Assembly (NCBI GenBank): GCA_900550615.1
Contig: URSX01000001.1
Span: forward strand, 1 to 55,388
DNA length: 55,388 nt
Origin: an uncultured Eubacteriales bacterium
GTDB taxonomy: Bacteria; Bacillota; Clostridia; Oscillospirales; Oscillospiraceae
Reading direction: 5' to 3'
The position numbers were made by a program, and so were the translations under genes. Positions 1 to 10,337 of this stretch are shown piece after piece. Below the pieces are notes generated by a model. The model searched no databases. It worked only from the letters and a program-made list of their open reading frames with translations, and was not told where the DNA came from. Numbering within the stretch: position 1 is the stretch's first letter; each line of letters starts with the position of its first letter.

Positions 1-9
1 CCAACTCTT

Positions 10-125
10 TTAAACGGGCTCGTCTGCCGGAGCACGCTGCAGATGCACGGTCATGATGTTGAACAGCGTTTTTCGCAGATACGAAGAGCCGCGTTTCGTG
101 GTCCTGTTGCTGCGGGAGCAATCCC
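10..125 (-). pseudogene. IS110-family transposase C-terminal remnant
   Basis: Minus-strand translation SRSNRTTKRGSSYLRKTLFNIMTVHLQRAPADEPV* resembles the IS110 'SKRGSxYLRxxL' motif; truncated by a stop, no intact ORF. Confidence 0.55.
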
Positions 126-447
126 GCCGTTTGATACACAGCAGTAGATTATTTTAAACGTATATGGTATATTTAGCCTTGAAGTCGAAATGGGGGGCTT
201 TTGACGTTTTATCTACAATTCAAGATAAAAACGGGATATATGAAGCTGCGAAATCGCATGCTTTCCCTTTCACAATGGAAATGCTCGGCAGAAATACTGC
301 GGCTTGTATAGCTTTTTTAGCGGATTTTTTGATCCGCTTATTTGTCATATTTTTTGCAGAATGAGTGCATCCCGCTGAGGGATACGCTCATTCATTCTTA
401 CAGGGATACGCATACTGCCTTTGCCGATAACTGAATGACAATGGCTG

Positions 448-600
448 TTATGGTTCCTCTTTTTGCTTCTGCGCCGGATTTTGTTTCGATAAGGCGCTAT
501 GTAATGCCTCTGCGCCGGTATGGTCATAGACCTTGGCCAGCATTTTCAGGTCGCTGTAATCCAATAAACACACCACCATGTATCCGGCTGTCTTGTAACG
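448..600 (-). pseudogene. Possible tyrosine recombinase C-terminal remnant
   Basis: Minus-strand peptide ...CLLDYSDLKMLAKVYDHT... resembles a decayed 'LLGH-S-xxM-xxxY-H' box II; no start codon or upstream part. Confidence 0.3.
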
Positions 601-720
601 ATAGCTACAAAGTAAATTGCGTACAATGTAATTTTTGTAATTGTCAACACATTTTCTGTGAAGTACAATATCAAAAACTGGAGATTTTACTCAGACTTTG
701 AAGAAAAAGAGGGGAGCAAA

Positions 721-2454
721 ATGGCGCAACTAACAGAAGTAAAAGCGTTAACAGATCATATTCTTGCAGGAATATCTGTAGAAAACGTAAAAGAAACGGC
801 ATTTTTCTTCAGTAAGCTCAAGCGTGCGACCGCATCGCCGGATGCCGAATCTGCATCTGCATATATCTGCAGCAAATTGTCAGAATACGGAATTCCTCAT
901 GAGCAATTATGGTATTCCGGATATCTTAGCTCAGCTGTTTCGGCCAAACTGGAAATAATCTCTCCGGAGCAGCAGGAATTCGAGGTCGTCCCCTGCGGCT
1001 ATACAAAAAATGTAACAGATTTAGAGGGAGAGTTGATATACGACAGGTGGTGCGAATGCAAACGGCTGTCGGTAAACGATAACACAGAGCGATTCCGTTC
1101 GTTTGCGGGCAAGGTTGTTTTAACGCAATGCTTTTGCAGCGATATCGCCAGAGAGGCTAAAGAGGCGGGAGCGTTGGCTGTGATCGGTATGTACCCATCC
1201 CCGGAAGATGTTCCGCACTATTTTGGCGCATCTAACCACAACGGAACGCCAACGCCCGAAAACGCTCACCTTTTGCCGGAGATCCCCTGCATCGACTGTA
1301 CAAAAGCGGCAGGCGAAAGGATGAAAGCGCTGATGAAAAGCGGGAACGTCCGCGTCCGTCTGTCTGCACAAGCGGATACCCGGGTGAAGAAGGCATCTAT
1401 TCCGGTGGCGTACATTCCCGGCTGTGAGGAAAACTTTGTATTAGTTGACGGTCACTATGATTCGCATTGCGAAGGAATGACGGACAATGGGGCTGGAGAC
1501 TGTATTCTGCTGGAGTTAGCAAGAGTATTCCACGAAAATCGAAGCGCGCTGAAGCGCGGCCTGGTCTTTTGCTGGTGGTCGGGCCATGAGTTTGGTCAAT
1601 ACGCAGGTTCCACCTGGTATGCGGATACATTTTATGAAAAAATCCGCGATCATTGCGTAGCACAGATCAACATTGATGTGGCGGGCAGCAAAAACGCACG
1701 GTGCATCCGAGCCAGGACAACCCAAATGGAGGGAGAGGCTTTTACTTCCGAACGGATCCGGCGATATACCGGGCTGGAGCCTGCACCCTATATACCACGG
1801 CCTCATTTGGGCGAGCCTAATTTTATGGGCAAAAATGTGCCGATCACTATTATGCTGAAGTATGAAGCTTCACCAGATAAAGTGAATATTTGGCCGGTGG
1901 GCGGCGGGTATTGGTGGCACAGCCGCGAAGATACACTGGACAAGGTTGATTTTGCCAACGCATTGCGGGATGCCAACATTAACGCGGAAATGATCTGCGA
2001 GGTGGCAAACAGCACCCAATTACCGGTAGATATTCTGTCTTATATGGGAGAAACCAGACGCATGCTGCAAGAGATTCAATGTGGGCTGGAAGGAGAATTT
2101 GATTTATCTCCGGTGTTTCCGCATTTGGACATATTGCAAGAGAAAGCTCAGCAGTTCTGCCGTGCGCTCAAAGGCAGAACCAATACGGATCGTGAAATCA
2201 AAAAAATAGCCGGAGATCTGGTAAATATGAATTTTAATTACTCAGATCCCTATAACTATGACAGATTGTCATTGCCGGCTACCTTCCCAAAGCTCCGAGC
2301 GGCAATGGGGGTCACCAAGGATAACGCAGATAACAAGAGCTACTTATTTATTTATACAGACTTCTTGCGGCAGCGCAATCGTTTGGTGGATATGATGGAT
2401 CGCATTTGCGATGAAATCGATTTAGCTTTACTCCGGTGGAATTATAAACAATAA
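721..2454 (+). CDS. M28-family metallopeptidase with PA domain
   Basis: GHYDS, DNGAG, WSGHEFG, INID and WHSREDT zinc-ligand motifs; GGGGAG RBS before ATG 721. Confidence 0.8.
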   Translation: MAQLTEVKALTDHILAGISVENVKETAFFFSKLKRATASPDAESASAYICSKLSEYGIPHEQLWYSGYLSSAVSAKLEIISPEQQEFEVVPCGYTKNVTDLEGELIYDRWCECKRLSVNDNTERFRSFAGKVVLTQCFCSDIAREAKEAGALAVIGMYPSPEDVPHYFGASNHNGTPTPENAHLLPEIPCIDCTKAAGERMKALMKSGNVRVRLSAQADTRVKKASIPVAYIPGCEENFVLVDGHYDSHCEGMTDNGAGDCILLELARVFHENRSALKRGLVFCWWSGHEFGQYAGSTWYADTFYEKIRDHCVAQINIDVAGSKNARCIRARTTQMEGEAFTSERIRRYTGLEPAPYIPRPHLGEPNFMGKNVPITIMLKYEASPDKVNIWPVGGGYWWHSREDTLDKVDFANALRDANINAEMICEVANSTQLPVDILSYMGETRRMLQEIQCGLEGEFDLSPVFPHLDILQEKAQQFCRALKGRTNTDREIKKIAGDLVNMNFNYSDPYNYDRLSLPATFPKLRAAMGVTKDNADNKSYLFIYTDFLRQRNRLVDMMDRICDEIDLALLRWNYKQ

Positions 2455-2476
2455 AAACTAAGGGGGAAGACAATAG

Positions 2477-3442
2477 ATGCTGAAGTATATCTTAAAGCGG
2501 ATATTGCTGCTGATTCCGGTTCTGATTGGCGCAACTCTCATCGTGTTCTTCGTGATGGACATGACGCCAGGTGATCCGGCTGTAGCAAAACTCGGCGTAG
2601 ACGCAACAGCTGCGCAAATCGAAGAGCTCCGGGAAGAAATGGGCTTGAATGACCCGTTTCTGGTAAGGTACGGTCGCTTTATCCTGAACTTGGTTCAGGG
2701 CGATCTTGGTACCTCCTACAAAACGGGCCTGGATGTCATGGAGCAGATCATGCAGCGCATACCATATACCTTTTTACTTTCCTTTGCAGCACTGCTATTT
2801 GCTGTTATCGTAGGTATACCGGCAGGAATTATATCTGCCAGACATCAGTATACGCTGTTCGATAACTGTACCATGGTTCTTACGCTGATTGGTGCCTCTG
2901 CTCCGCATTTTTGGTTGGGCTTGATGGGCGTAATCATTTTTGCGGTGAATCTTGGGTGGCTGCCAGCGGCCTATACGGCATCTGAATCGCTGGCGCTGGG
3001 TATCATCCTTCCGATGCTGACGCTGGGCATGAACTCTACCGCACTCGTCACACGAATGACTCGTTCGGCTATGTTGGATGTGATGAATCAGGACTATGTT
3101 GATACGGCACGGGCAAAGGGCGTATCAGAGCGGGTCGTTGTGTTCCGCCATATGCTGCGCAACGCTCTGATCCCGATTATCACCGTTTTGGGTTTGCAAT
3201 TCGGCAATCTGCTGGGCGGAGCGGTGACAACGGAAACCATTTTTGCCTGGCCCGGTATTGGCCGCTATATTGTTGAATCTATTTCCAACAAAGATACCCC
3301 TTGCGTACTGGGAGCGGTGGTGATGCTGGCCATCATTGTTACTGTAATCAATCTTTTGGTAGATATTATCTATGCATTTGTGGATCCTCGCATCAAGTCT
3401 CAATACAAATCTATGATAAGGAGGACGAAAAAAAATGTCTAA
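2477..3442 (+). CDS. dppB: Oligo/dipeptide ABC transporter permease
   Basis: PGDPA N-terminus, DYVDTARAKG EAA-type loop, ETIFAWPGIG. Confidence 0.9.
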   Translation: MLKYILKRILLLIPVLIGATLIVFFVMDMTPGDPAVAKLGVDATAAQIEELREEMGLNDPFLVRYGRFILNLVQGDLGTSYKTGLDVMEQIMQRIPYTFLLSFAALLFAVIVGIPAGIISARHQYTLFDNCTMVLTLIGASAPHFWLGLMGVIIFAVNLGWLPAAYTASESLALGIILPMLTLGMNSTALVTRMTRSAMLDVMNQDYVDTARAKGVSERVVVFRHMLRNALIPIITVLGLQFGNLLGGAVTTETIFAWPGIGRYIVESISNKDTPCVLGAVVMLAIIVTVINLLVDIIYAFVDPRIKSQYKSMIRRTKKNV

Positions 3443-4334
3443 ACACGACAAGCAGGATAAGTTCGTACAGCGCTCCTTATCACAGCAGGCTTGGATACAG
3501 TTTCGCAACAATCGCCTGGCAATTTGCGGGTTAGTGGTGATTGCTCTGCTGGTTTTGATATCAATCACCACAATGCTGATCGATCTGGCAGATGGTGGAG
3601 AGCTGTATAAGGCTTTGGTTACCAAGAATAACCTTCCCTTGAAGCTGGCCAAGCCCTCTGCTGCGCATCCTTTGGGGTGCGATGAACACGGAAGAGATCT
3701 GCTGTTCCGACTCCTATGGGGAACGCGCTATTCACTTTTTGCCGGTATTTGTACGATTCTGGCTGCCATCCTTGTAGGTGGTGTGTTTGGTTCTATTGCG
3801 GGATTTTACGGCGGGAAAATCGATAATGTCATCATGCGCTTTATGGATATGGTGATGACTGTGCCAAGTCTGGTTTTAGCTATGGCCATCTATGCGGCAC
3901 TGGGGTCCAGCTTGGTCAACCTTCTGATTGCACTGACTTGCTCACAGGTTCCGCAGTTTGCCCGAATTATCCGTTCTTCCGTTATGACGGTAAAGGACAG
4001 CGAATATGTAGAAGCCGCCAAGGCTGTGGGCGCTTCAGACGCATTGGTCATTGTAAAGTATATTATTCCCAATGCTCTTTCTCCCGTAATCGTTCAGGGC
4101 ACTCTCGGTGTGGCTACCACAATTCTGAATGTGGCCGGCATGTCCTTCTTGGGCCTGGGTATCCAACCGCCTGCGCCGGAATGGGGCTCCATCCTGTCGT
4201 CGGCGCGCATGTATATGCGTGAAGCCTGGCATATCTCACTGTTTCCGGGTCTTGCTATCGTGATCTGCATTCTTTCTCTGAACCTGCTGGGAGATGGTCT
4301 GCGCGATGCATTGGATCCCAAGCAGAAGCGCTAA
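3435..4334 (+). CDS. dppC: Oligo/dipeptide ABC transporter permease
   Basis: HPLGCDEHGRD, EYVEAAKAVGA, SFLGLGIQPPAPEWG, GDGLRDALDP. Confidence 0.9.
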   Translation: MSKHDKQDKFVQRSLSQQAWIQFRNNRLAICGLVVIALLVLISITTMLIDLADGGELYKALVTKNNLPLKLAKPSAAHPLGCDEHGRDLLFRLLWGTRYSLFAGICTILAAILVGGVFGSIAGFYGGKIDNVIMRFMDMVMTVPSLVLAMAIYAALGSSLVNLLIALTCSQVPQFARIIRSSVMTVKDSEYVEAAKAVGASDALVIVKYIIPNALSPVIVQGTLGVATTILNVAGMSFLGLGIQPPAPEWGSILSSARMYMREAWHISLFPGLAIVICILSLNLLGDGLRDALDPKQKR

Positions 4335-4348
4335 TAGGAGGGGTAGAT

Positions 4349-5341
4349 ATGGATCAAACGATTTTGGAAGTGCAGGACCTGCGTATTCATTTCGAGCTGC
4401 GTGAAGGAACGGTCAAGGCGCTTAATGGTATAGACCTGGTCTTGAAAGAGGGCCGCTCACTTGGGCTGGTAGGCGAGACCGGTGCTGGCAAGACCACCTT
4501 GGCAAAGGGAATTATGGGCTTAACGGCAAAGCCTTACGGAAAAATCAAAAGCGGAAAAATTTTGTACGAGGGAAAAAATCTGCTGGAGATGGACAAAAAG
4601 CATCTTCGTCGAATCCGCGGAGAGCACATCTCTATGATTTTTCAAGATCCCATGACAAGCCTGAACCCGGTGATGACCGTAGGCGATCAAATTGCAGAGG
4701 CAATACGCAATCATGACAAGCTCAGCAAGAAGGATGCTGAAAAAAAAGCGGCAGAAATTCTTGAATTGGTCGGAATACCCAGCTCCCGCGGCAGCGAATA
4801 TCCGCATCAGTTTTCCGGCGGTATGAAACAGCGTGTGGTAATTGCAATTGCATTGGCATGCAATCCAAAAATACTGATTGCCGATGAGCCGACGACTGCA
4901 TTGGATGTAACGATTCAAGCCCAGATACTGGAAATGATTCGCGACCTACGGGAGCGCTTTCGCACGTCGATGCTGCTGATCACCCACGATTTGGGCGTTA
5001 TCGCGCAGAACTGCGATTATGTCTCTGTGATTTATGCCGGTGAAATTGTAGAAACCGGAACCGTACACGATATTTTCCGAAACAAACTTCATCCTTATAC
5101 AGCGGGGCTCTTTTCTTCAATCCCCAATATAAACGAAGATGTGGAGCGTTTAGTGCCGATCGAGGGCCTGATGCCGGATCCAACGAATCTTCCGGTAGGA
5201 TGTGCATTTTGCGACAGATGCAGCTTTGCGACAGAGCAGTGCAGAACAGAGCATCCTCACTTGGTAAATATGGGTGGCGAAGAGGGCAACCATCAGGTGC
5301 GATGCCTCCGATATAAGGAAACGCCGGAGGAGGGAGAATAA
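4349..5341 (+). CDS. dppD: Peptide ABC transporter ATPase
   Basis: Walker A GETGAGKT, FSGGMKQR, DEPTTALD, Cys-rich C-terminal domain. Confidence 0.9.
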   Translation: MDQTILEVQDLRIHFELREGTVKALNGIDLVLKEGRSLGLVGETGAGKTTLAKGIMGLTAKPYGKIKSGKILYEGKNLLEMDKKHLRRIRGEHISMIFQDPMTSLNPVMTVGDQIAEAIRNHDKLSKKDAEKKAAEILELVGIPSSRGSEYPHQFSGGMKQRVVIAIALACNPKILIADEPTTALDVTIQAQILEMIRDLRERFRTSMLLITHDLGVIAQNCDYVSVIYAGEIVETGTVHDIFRNKLHPYTAGLFSSIPNINEDVERLVPIEGLMPDPTNLPVGCAFCDRCSFATEQCRTEHPHLVNMGGEEGNHQVRCLRYKETPEEGE

Positions 5342-6313
5342 ATGGAAAACCAAGAATTGTTAAGGGTCAACCATTTGAAAAAATACTTTCAGACGCCAAG
5401 TGGGACGCTGAGTGCGGTTGACGATGTGACTTTTGGCATTAACAGCATGGAAACCTTGGGGGTAGTCGGCGAGAGCGGCTGCGGAAAGTCAACGCTGGGA
5501 CGGTGCATTCTCCGACTCCACGAGCCGACTGCGGGCGAGGTTATTTTTGAAGGCCGGAACATCCTCGAATGCAGCAAGGCGGAAATGAAAGATCTGCGCT
5601 CCAAAATGCAGATTATTTTCCAAGACCCCTATGCTTCCCTCAATCCCCGCATGACTGTTTCTCAGGCAATTGCAGCGCCCTTGATCATTCAGGGGATCTA
5701 CAAGCCCAGTGAAAAGGAAAAGATCCGGAAGCGTGTTGCCGAAATGATGGATGTTGTCGGCTTAGCACCCCGACTGGTCAACTCTTATCCCCACGAGTTA
5801 GATGGCGGACGCCGGCAGCGCATAGGAATTGCCAGAGCCTTGTCCGTGAACCCGAAGTTCATTGTTTGCGACGAACCTGTTTCAGCGCTTGACGTTTCCA
5901 TTCAGGCCCAGGTGTTGAATCTGATGCAGGATCTGCAAGCGCAGATGGGGCTGACGTATCTATTTATTACGCATAATCTTTCCGTGGTAAAGCATTTGTC
6001 GAATCAAATCCTCGTAATGTACTTAGGACAGCTGGTGGAAAAAGCAACACCAAAGCAACTGTTCAAAAACCCCGTCCACCCATATACACAGGCACTGCTT
6101 TCAGCCATTCCGATCCCGGATCCGGATGTTAAGATGGAGCGCGTTGCATTGAAAGGCGAGCTAACCTCTCCAATCAATGTAAAGCCGGGATGCCGCTTTG
6201 CAAAACGATGCATTTATGCGCGGCCGGAATGCAGCCAGTGTTCGCCGCAAATGACGGAAGTCGAACCGGGTCATATTGTCGCCTGCCATTTGGCCGGCGG
6301 TTCTATGAAATAA
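5342..6313 (+). CDS. dppF: Peptide ABC transporter ATPase
   Basis: GESGCGKST, LDGGRRQR, DEPVSALD. Confidence 0.9.
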   Translation: MENQELLRVNHLKKYFQTPSGTLSAVDDVTFGINSMETLGVVGESGCGKSTLGRCILRLHEPTAGEVIFEGRNILECSKAEMKDLRSKMQIIFQDPYASLNPRMTVSQAIAAPLIIQGIYKPSEKEKIRKRVAEMMDVVGLAPRLVNSYPHELDGGRRQRIGIARALSVNPKFIVCDEPVSALDVSIQAQVLNLMQDLQAQMGLTYLFITHNLSVVKHLSNQILVMYLGQLVEKATPKQLFKNPVHPYTQALLSAIPIPDPDVKMERVALKGELTSPINVKPGCRFAKRCIYARPECSQCSPQMTEVEPGHIVACHLAGGSMK

Positions 6314-6330
6314 AAATGAGGAGGACTCAC

Positions 6331-7872
6331 ATGAAAAAGATTTTCTCTGCACTGCTGGCTGCATGTATGCTTCTTGGCTGTTTGAGCGCATGCAGCAAAA
6401 AAAACCCGTCCAATGGCGGAAGCGCGACCACCGGAGCTAAGGATACTATCGTTTTTGCGCAAGCCAGCGATATTACCTCGCTCGATTTCCATGTAGGAAA
6501 AAACCCCGCAACGTTTGATGTGACTTGCAATATTTTTGACACGCTGGTCACTTGGGATGCCAATACCAAAGTAATTCCTCACCTGGCTGAAAGCTGGGAG
6601 TTTTTGGATGAAGACTCCCTGCAGATGCACCTGCGCAAGGGCGTACTGTTTCATGATGGCCAGGAAATGACGGCAGAAGATGTCAAATATACCTATGACC
6701 GTGCAATGAACAGCACCATTGTAAAGAACAATTTCTCCTGGCTGGAGAGCGTGGATGTCGTGGATAAATACACGGTTGTCATTAACACAAAGGGCGCTTA
6801 TACCCCGGTGCTGAATGCTCTGTGCAATCCTCTTGCCGGCATCATGCCCAAGCATCTTCTGGAGCAGAACGACGAGGCTATGGCAACGAATCCTGTGGGA
6901 ACCGGCCCTTACAAGTTTGTCGAGCGTAAAGAAGGCGAATATGTAAAGCTGGAGGCAAATGAGAATTACTGGGGCGGCAAGGTTGCTACCAAGTATTTGG
7001 AGATGCGCGTGGTTCCCGAAGCGTCTCAGCGCTCGACTCTGCTGGAAACCGGCGAAATCGACATTGCATATGATGTGCCCCCTTCCGATGTGCAAAGACT
7101 GAATACAAATGAAACAACTACGGTTTTGTCTGCCCCCTCTTTCAAGGTGTTTTATGTGACCATCAACTGCAATAGCAGCACAAAAGCCCTGAACGATCCC
7201 CGTGTACGTCAGGCAATTGAATATGCCATTGATAAGGATGCCCTGTGCTCTTCTGTGATGTATGGTTATGCAACGCCCGCAGCCAGCCTGGTCGGTCCCG
7301 GCGTCTTTGGCTATGATGATTCTGCCACCGCCAACATTTATAACGTTGAAAAGGCAAAGGAATTGCTGTCCGCCGCCGGTTATCCCAATGGATTCGAAAT
7401 GAGCGTCTGGGTTCAGTCTTCCGATCAGACCCGTCAAGAGGCGTGTGTGGTTCTGCAGGATATGCTCAGCGAGGTTGGCATCACCGTCAGCGTTGAGCCG
7501 ATGGACGCCGCCGTGATGGATGATAACATTATAAAGGGCGGAGACTTTGACGCATGCAGCTCTATGTATTATAACCTGATGGGTGATGCGGACTATGTGC
7601 TGTACAGCAATATTTCTCCTGAATCCACCAGCAACCTTTCCCACTACAACAATCCCGATGCCATGGCTAAGCTGCTGGCTGCACGGAGCCTGACGGACGA
7701 CGCACAACGCGCTGCCGCGTATAAGGAAATCAGCAGCATTATGGCAGTTGACCGGCCTTACATCCCGCTGTGGGCTTATCAGAATCTGGTGGGTGTGAGA
7801 AGTGATGTCTCCGGTTTCCAGCTGAATCCGATCACCGCTTATCGGTATGAAAACGTCGCAAACGGCAAGTAA
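6331..7872 (+). CDS. dppA: Peptide ABC transporter substrate-binding lipoprotein (family 5)
   Basis: GAGGAGG RBS, lipobox LSAC, LRKGVLFHDG, GTGPYK motifs. Confidence 0.9.
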   Translation: MKKIFSALLAACMLLGCLSACSKKNPSNGGSATTGAKDTIVFAQASDITSLDFHVGKNPATFDVTCNIFDTLVTWDANTKVIPHLAESWEFLDEDSLQMHLRKGVLFHDGQEMTAEDVKYTYDRAMNSTIVKNNFSWLESVDVVDKYTVVINTKGAYTPVLNALCNPLAGIMPKHLLEQNDEAMATNPVGTGPYKFVERKEGEYVKLEANENYWGGKVATKYLEMRVVPEASQRSTLLETGEIDIAYDVPPSDVQRLNTNETTTVLSAPSFKVFYVTINCNSSTKALNDPRVRQAIEYAIDKDALCSSVMYGYATPAASLVGPGVFGYDDSATANIYNVEKAKELLSAAGYPNGFEMSVWVQSSDQTRQEACVVLQDMLSEVGITVSVEPMDAAVMDDNIIKGGDFDACSSMYYNLMGDADYVLYSNISPESTSNLSHYNNPDAMAKLLAARSLTDDAQRAAAYKEISSIMAVDRPYIPLWAYQNLVGVRSDVSGFQLNPITAYRYENVANGK

Positions 7873-7890
7873 TCGTATTTTTAAAACTTT

Positions 7891-7925
7891 TGTATTTTGC
7901 CCCCCGATCGAGGGGGCAAAATACA
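7891..7925 (+). terminator. Stem-loop after the binding-protein gene
   Basis: 14-bp inverted repeat TGTATTTTGCCCCC / GGGGGCAAAATACA. Confidence 0.7.
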
Positions 7926-7952
7926 TTAATTTAGCAGTAAGGAGGCCATCTC

Positions 7953-9005
7953 TTGGAGGCATTTCAGACTATTCATATTAAGGCGGACACGCCTTATGCC
8001 TGCGGTGTTCAATATGGTCAGCAGGCAAAAGAAAAAATTCGCGCAGGTGTCGAGGTATATCGGCGCTATTTTGCGAAAACTTCGGATAAGAGTTGGGATA
8101 AAATTCAGCAATACGCTATGGCCTATTTGCCGGATATCAAGCAGATGATGCCGGAAGTGCTGGAAGAGGCATACGGAGTCGCCGACGGAGCGGAAATCTC
8201 AATGGAAGATTTGATGGTACTCAATTGCCGCTATGAAATTACGAAATTTCCCAAGACTCCGGAATGTACCACGGCGACCATTTTGCCGGAAGCAACCGCA
8301 AGCCATACGACCTATCTCGTCAAAAACTGGGATTACAAGCAGGCAGTGATTCCTAATATCGTTATTTTACACATTGAGCAGGCGGATGGTACCCGAATTC
8401 TGGGCTTGACCGAGGCCGGTCAGATGCTTCGCGAGGGCTTTAATTCCTATGGGGTAGGCCTTTGCAATAATATGATCACGTCAGTATATGACAATTGGGG
8501 CACCGGCATCCCGGTTACTTTTCTCAGACGCAAGGTCCTTTCCTGCCATTCCTTTGAAGAAGCCAGAGATACGCTGATTCACGCAAAGCGAAGTGTTTCA
8601 AACAACATGATGCTAGCCTCTGCGCAGGGTGTCGCAGTGGATATCGAAGCATATCCGGGCGGTGTAAATATGCTGGCCCCGAAAGATGGTATTTTGACCC
8701 ATGCCAACCACTTCGTTGTACACCAGCAGCTGGATGCCAGAATCGGCCCTAAAAATCGTGACACGCGTCTTGAGGCGCTTCTGCGGCAGCGGCAGGGCAG
8801 TATTGATGTTCCATATATCATGGAGTGCATGAAAGATCACGAATACTACCCGGAATCAATTTGTGCACACAATACGAACCTTCCCGGTTATGAGTTAAAA
8901 GACTTCATGACGGTAGCCTCCCTGATTGTCGATTTCGCCAATAATGAAGCACATATCTGTGCCGGCCCCCCTTGTGAAGGTTCCTATCTGGCCTATAAGC
9001 TTTAA
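7953..9005 (+). CDS. C45-family Ntn hydrolase (acyl-CoA:6-APA acyltransferase-like)
   Basis: ECTT autoprocessing Cys, KNWD, GFNSYGV, HANHF; TTG start with AGGAGG RBS. Confidence 0.8.
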   Translation: MEAFQTIHIKADTPYACGVQYGQQAKEKIRAGVEVYRRYFAKTSDKSWDKIQQYAMAYLPDIKQMMPEVLEEAYGVADGAEISMEDLMVLNCRYEITKFPKTPECTTATILPEATASHTTYLVKNWDYKQAVIPNIVILHIEQADGTRILGLTEAGQMLREGFNSYGVGLCNNMITSVYDNWGTGIPVTFLRRKVLSCHSFEEARDTLIHAKRSVSNNMMLASAQGVAVDIEAYPGGVNMLAPKDGILTHANHFVVHQQLDARIGPKNRDTRLEALLRQRQGSIDVPYIMECMKDHEYYPESICAHNTNLPGYELKDFMTVASLIVDFANNEAHICAGPPCEGSYLAYKL

Positions 9006-9116
9006 TGCCCAGCAGAGGGCTGTTTGAATTGCCAAAACCAACAGTTTGTGTTACTATGTCCTTGTCCTTTTTCACACAAGGAGCAAAATTTGGCGCCAAA
9101 CAAGGAGGCAATAGCC

Positions 9117-9797
9117 ATGGCATCTGGAGAACACCTATGGGCAGGCCCTGCGTGTTGCAATAATGAGTTGCTGCGCAAACAGATTCGGGCTCGCTCCATT
9201 CTCAGACACTTGCACGCCGGGGATGTATATCTTTCCCCCGGAGATCCAATCCATTATGTCGCCTATGTTGCAGAGGGCGTAACCTCTCATTATATGTTTG
9301 GCAGTAACGGACGGGAAAAAGTCCTGTATCGTCTTGGACGCGGTTGGTTTTTTAGCGAAGGGATTTTCTTGAATACAGGCGACAATATGGAGCTTGCCAC
9401 CAGATATGCCATTGCGGAGTGCGACACCTTACTATATTTGATGGATTACAATAACTTTATGGCCTTGCTGCAGAACATCACTTTTGCACAGGCCGTACTG
9501 TGCAGCACGGTGGAAAAGAGCACCATTTTACGCCATGAGGTTGAAAGTGTCACCTTTGATTCCACACTGGATCGCTTAAAGCGCCTATTGCAGTCCTGCG
9601 CCAATCCCGGCGCTGTGGAGGACGGAAAATGGTGCAATCTCTCTGTGGATTGGACGCATCAAGATATTGCGGCAATCATAGGTGTCAACAGAGTGACAGT
9701 CAGCCGGTTTATTGCAGAACTGAAGCAGGATGGTTTTTTGAGGCAAATAAATGGAAGGATTCAGATTCGTAAAGAGTATCTGATTTTATTGGAATAG
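9117..9797 (+). CDS. Crp/Fnr-family transcription regulator
   Basis: cNMP-binding-like N-terminus and HTH THQDIAAIIGVNRVTVSR; AGGAGG RBS before ATG 9117. Confidence 0.85.
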   Translation: MASGEHLWAGPACCNNELLRKQIRARSILRHLHAGDVYLSPGDPIHYVAYVAEGVTSHYMFGSNGREKVLYRLGRGWFFSEGIFLNTGDNMELATRYAIAECDTLLYLMDYNNFMALLQNITFAQAVLCSTVEKSTILRHEVESVTFDSTLDRLKRLLQSCANPGAVEDGKWCNLSVDWTHQDIAAIIGVNRVTVSRFIAELKQDGFLRQINGRIQIRKEYLILLE

Positions 9798-10034
9798 CTG
9801 ATGCATCTTCCATACATAAATACGATCATGCTCCGCATATTGGGTATCTCAAAAGCATCGCATTGGCAACCCCTGCAAACGGATATACTTATTTGCCCTG
9901 TCGCTGGCGCTCAAAACAGCCTTGGCTCCCGTAAAATACGGGATTCAATCGTCGGCAAGGTAAGGATGCCCACATTCCATTCAATGAAATAAAATGGTTT
10001 CCAGTGAATTTTTAATGAAAAGGTGAGAAAAAGC

Positions 10035-10337
10035 ATGAAACTGATCACCACCGGCAATGCCGGGACTATGGAATCTAACGACATTATGATCACCGTGGAG
10101 CCGTCCGATGCGGGCGGCGTGCAGGTGGAGCTGACCAGCAGCGTCTATCAGCAGTTTGGAAAACAGATCATCGCTGTGATCCGCGAAACTGCCGCCGACT
10201 ACGGTGTGGAGAACGCGCTCATCACCGCCGTGGACAAGGGTGCGCTGGATTGCACCGTCCGGGCGCGGATGGCCGCCGCCCTGACTCGTGCGGCGGATTG
10301 GCACGACTACACATGGGAGGTGCAGCAGGATGTATAA
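10035..10337 (+). CDS. citD: Citrate lyase acyl carrier protein (gamma)
   Basis: AGTMESND and DKGALDC motifs. Confidence 0.92.
   Translation: MKLITTGNAGTMESNDIMITVEPSDAGGVQVELTSSVYQQFGKQIIAVIRETAADYGVENALITAVDKGALDCTVRARMAAALTRAADWHDYTWEVQQDV

Noticed and set aside
636..651. Crp-box-like TGTAA-N6-ACACA upstream of the M28 gene
   Set aside because: Two mismatches in an AT-rich region; too weak to call
6271..7962. 563-aa antisense ORF over the binding-protein gene, and similar long antisense ORFs (17703-19235, 36636-38891, 42942-44564, 45691-47568, 51968-53689)
   Set aside because: Shadow ORFs expected from GC-rich codon bias opposite well-supported genes; no recognisable motifs
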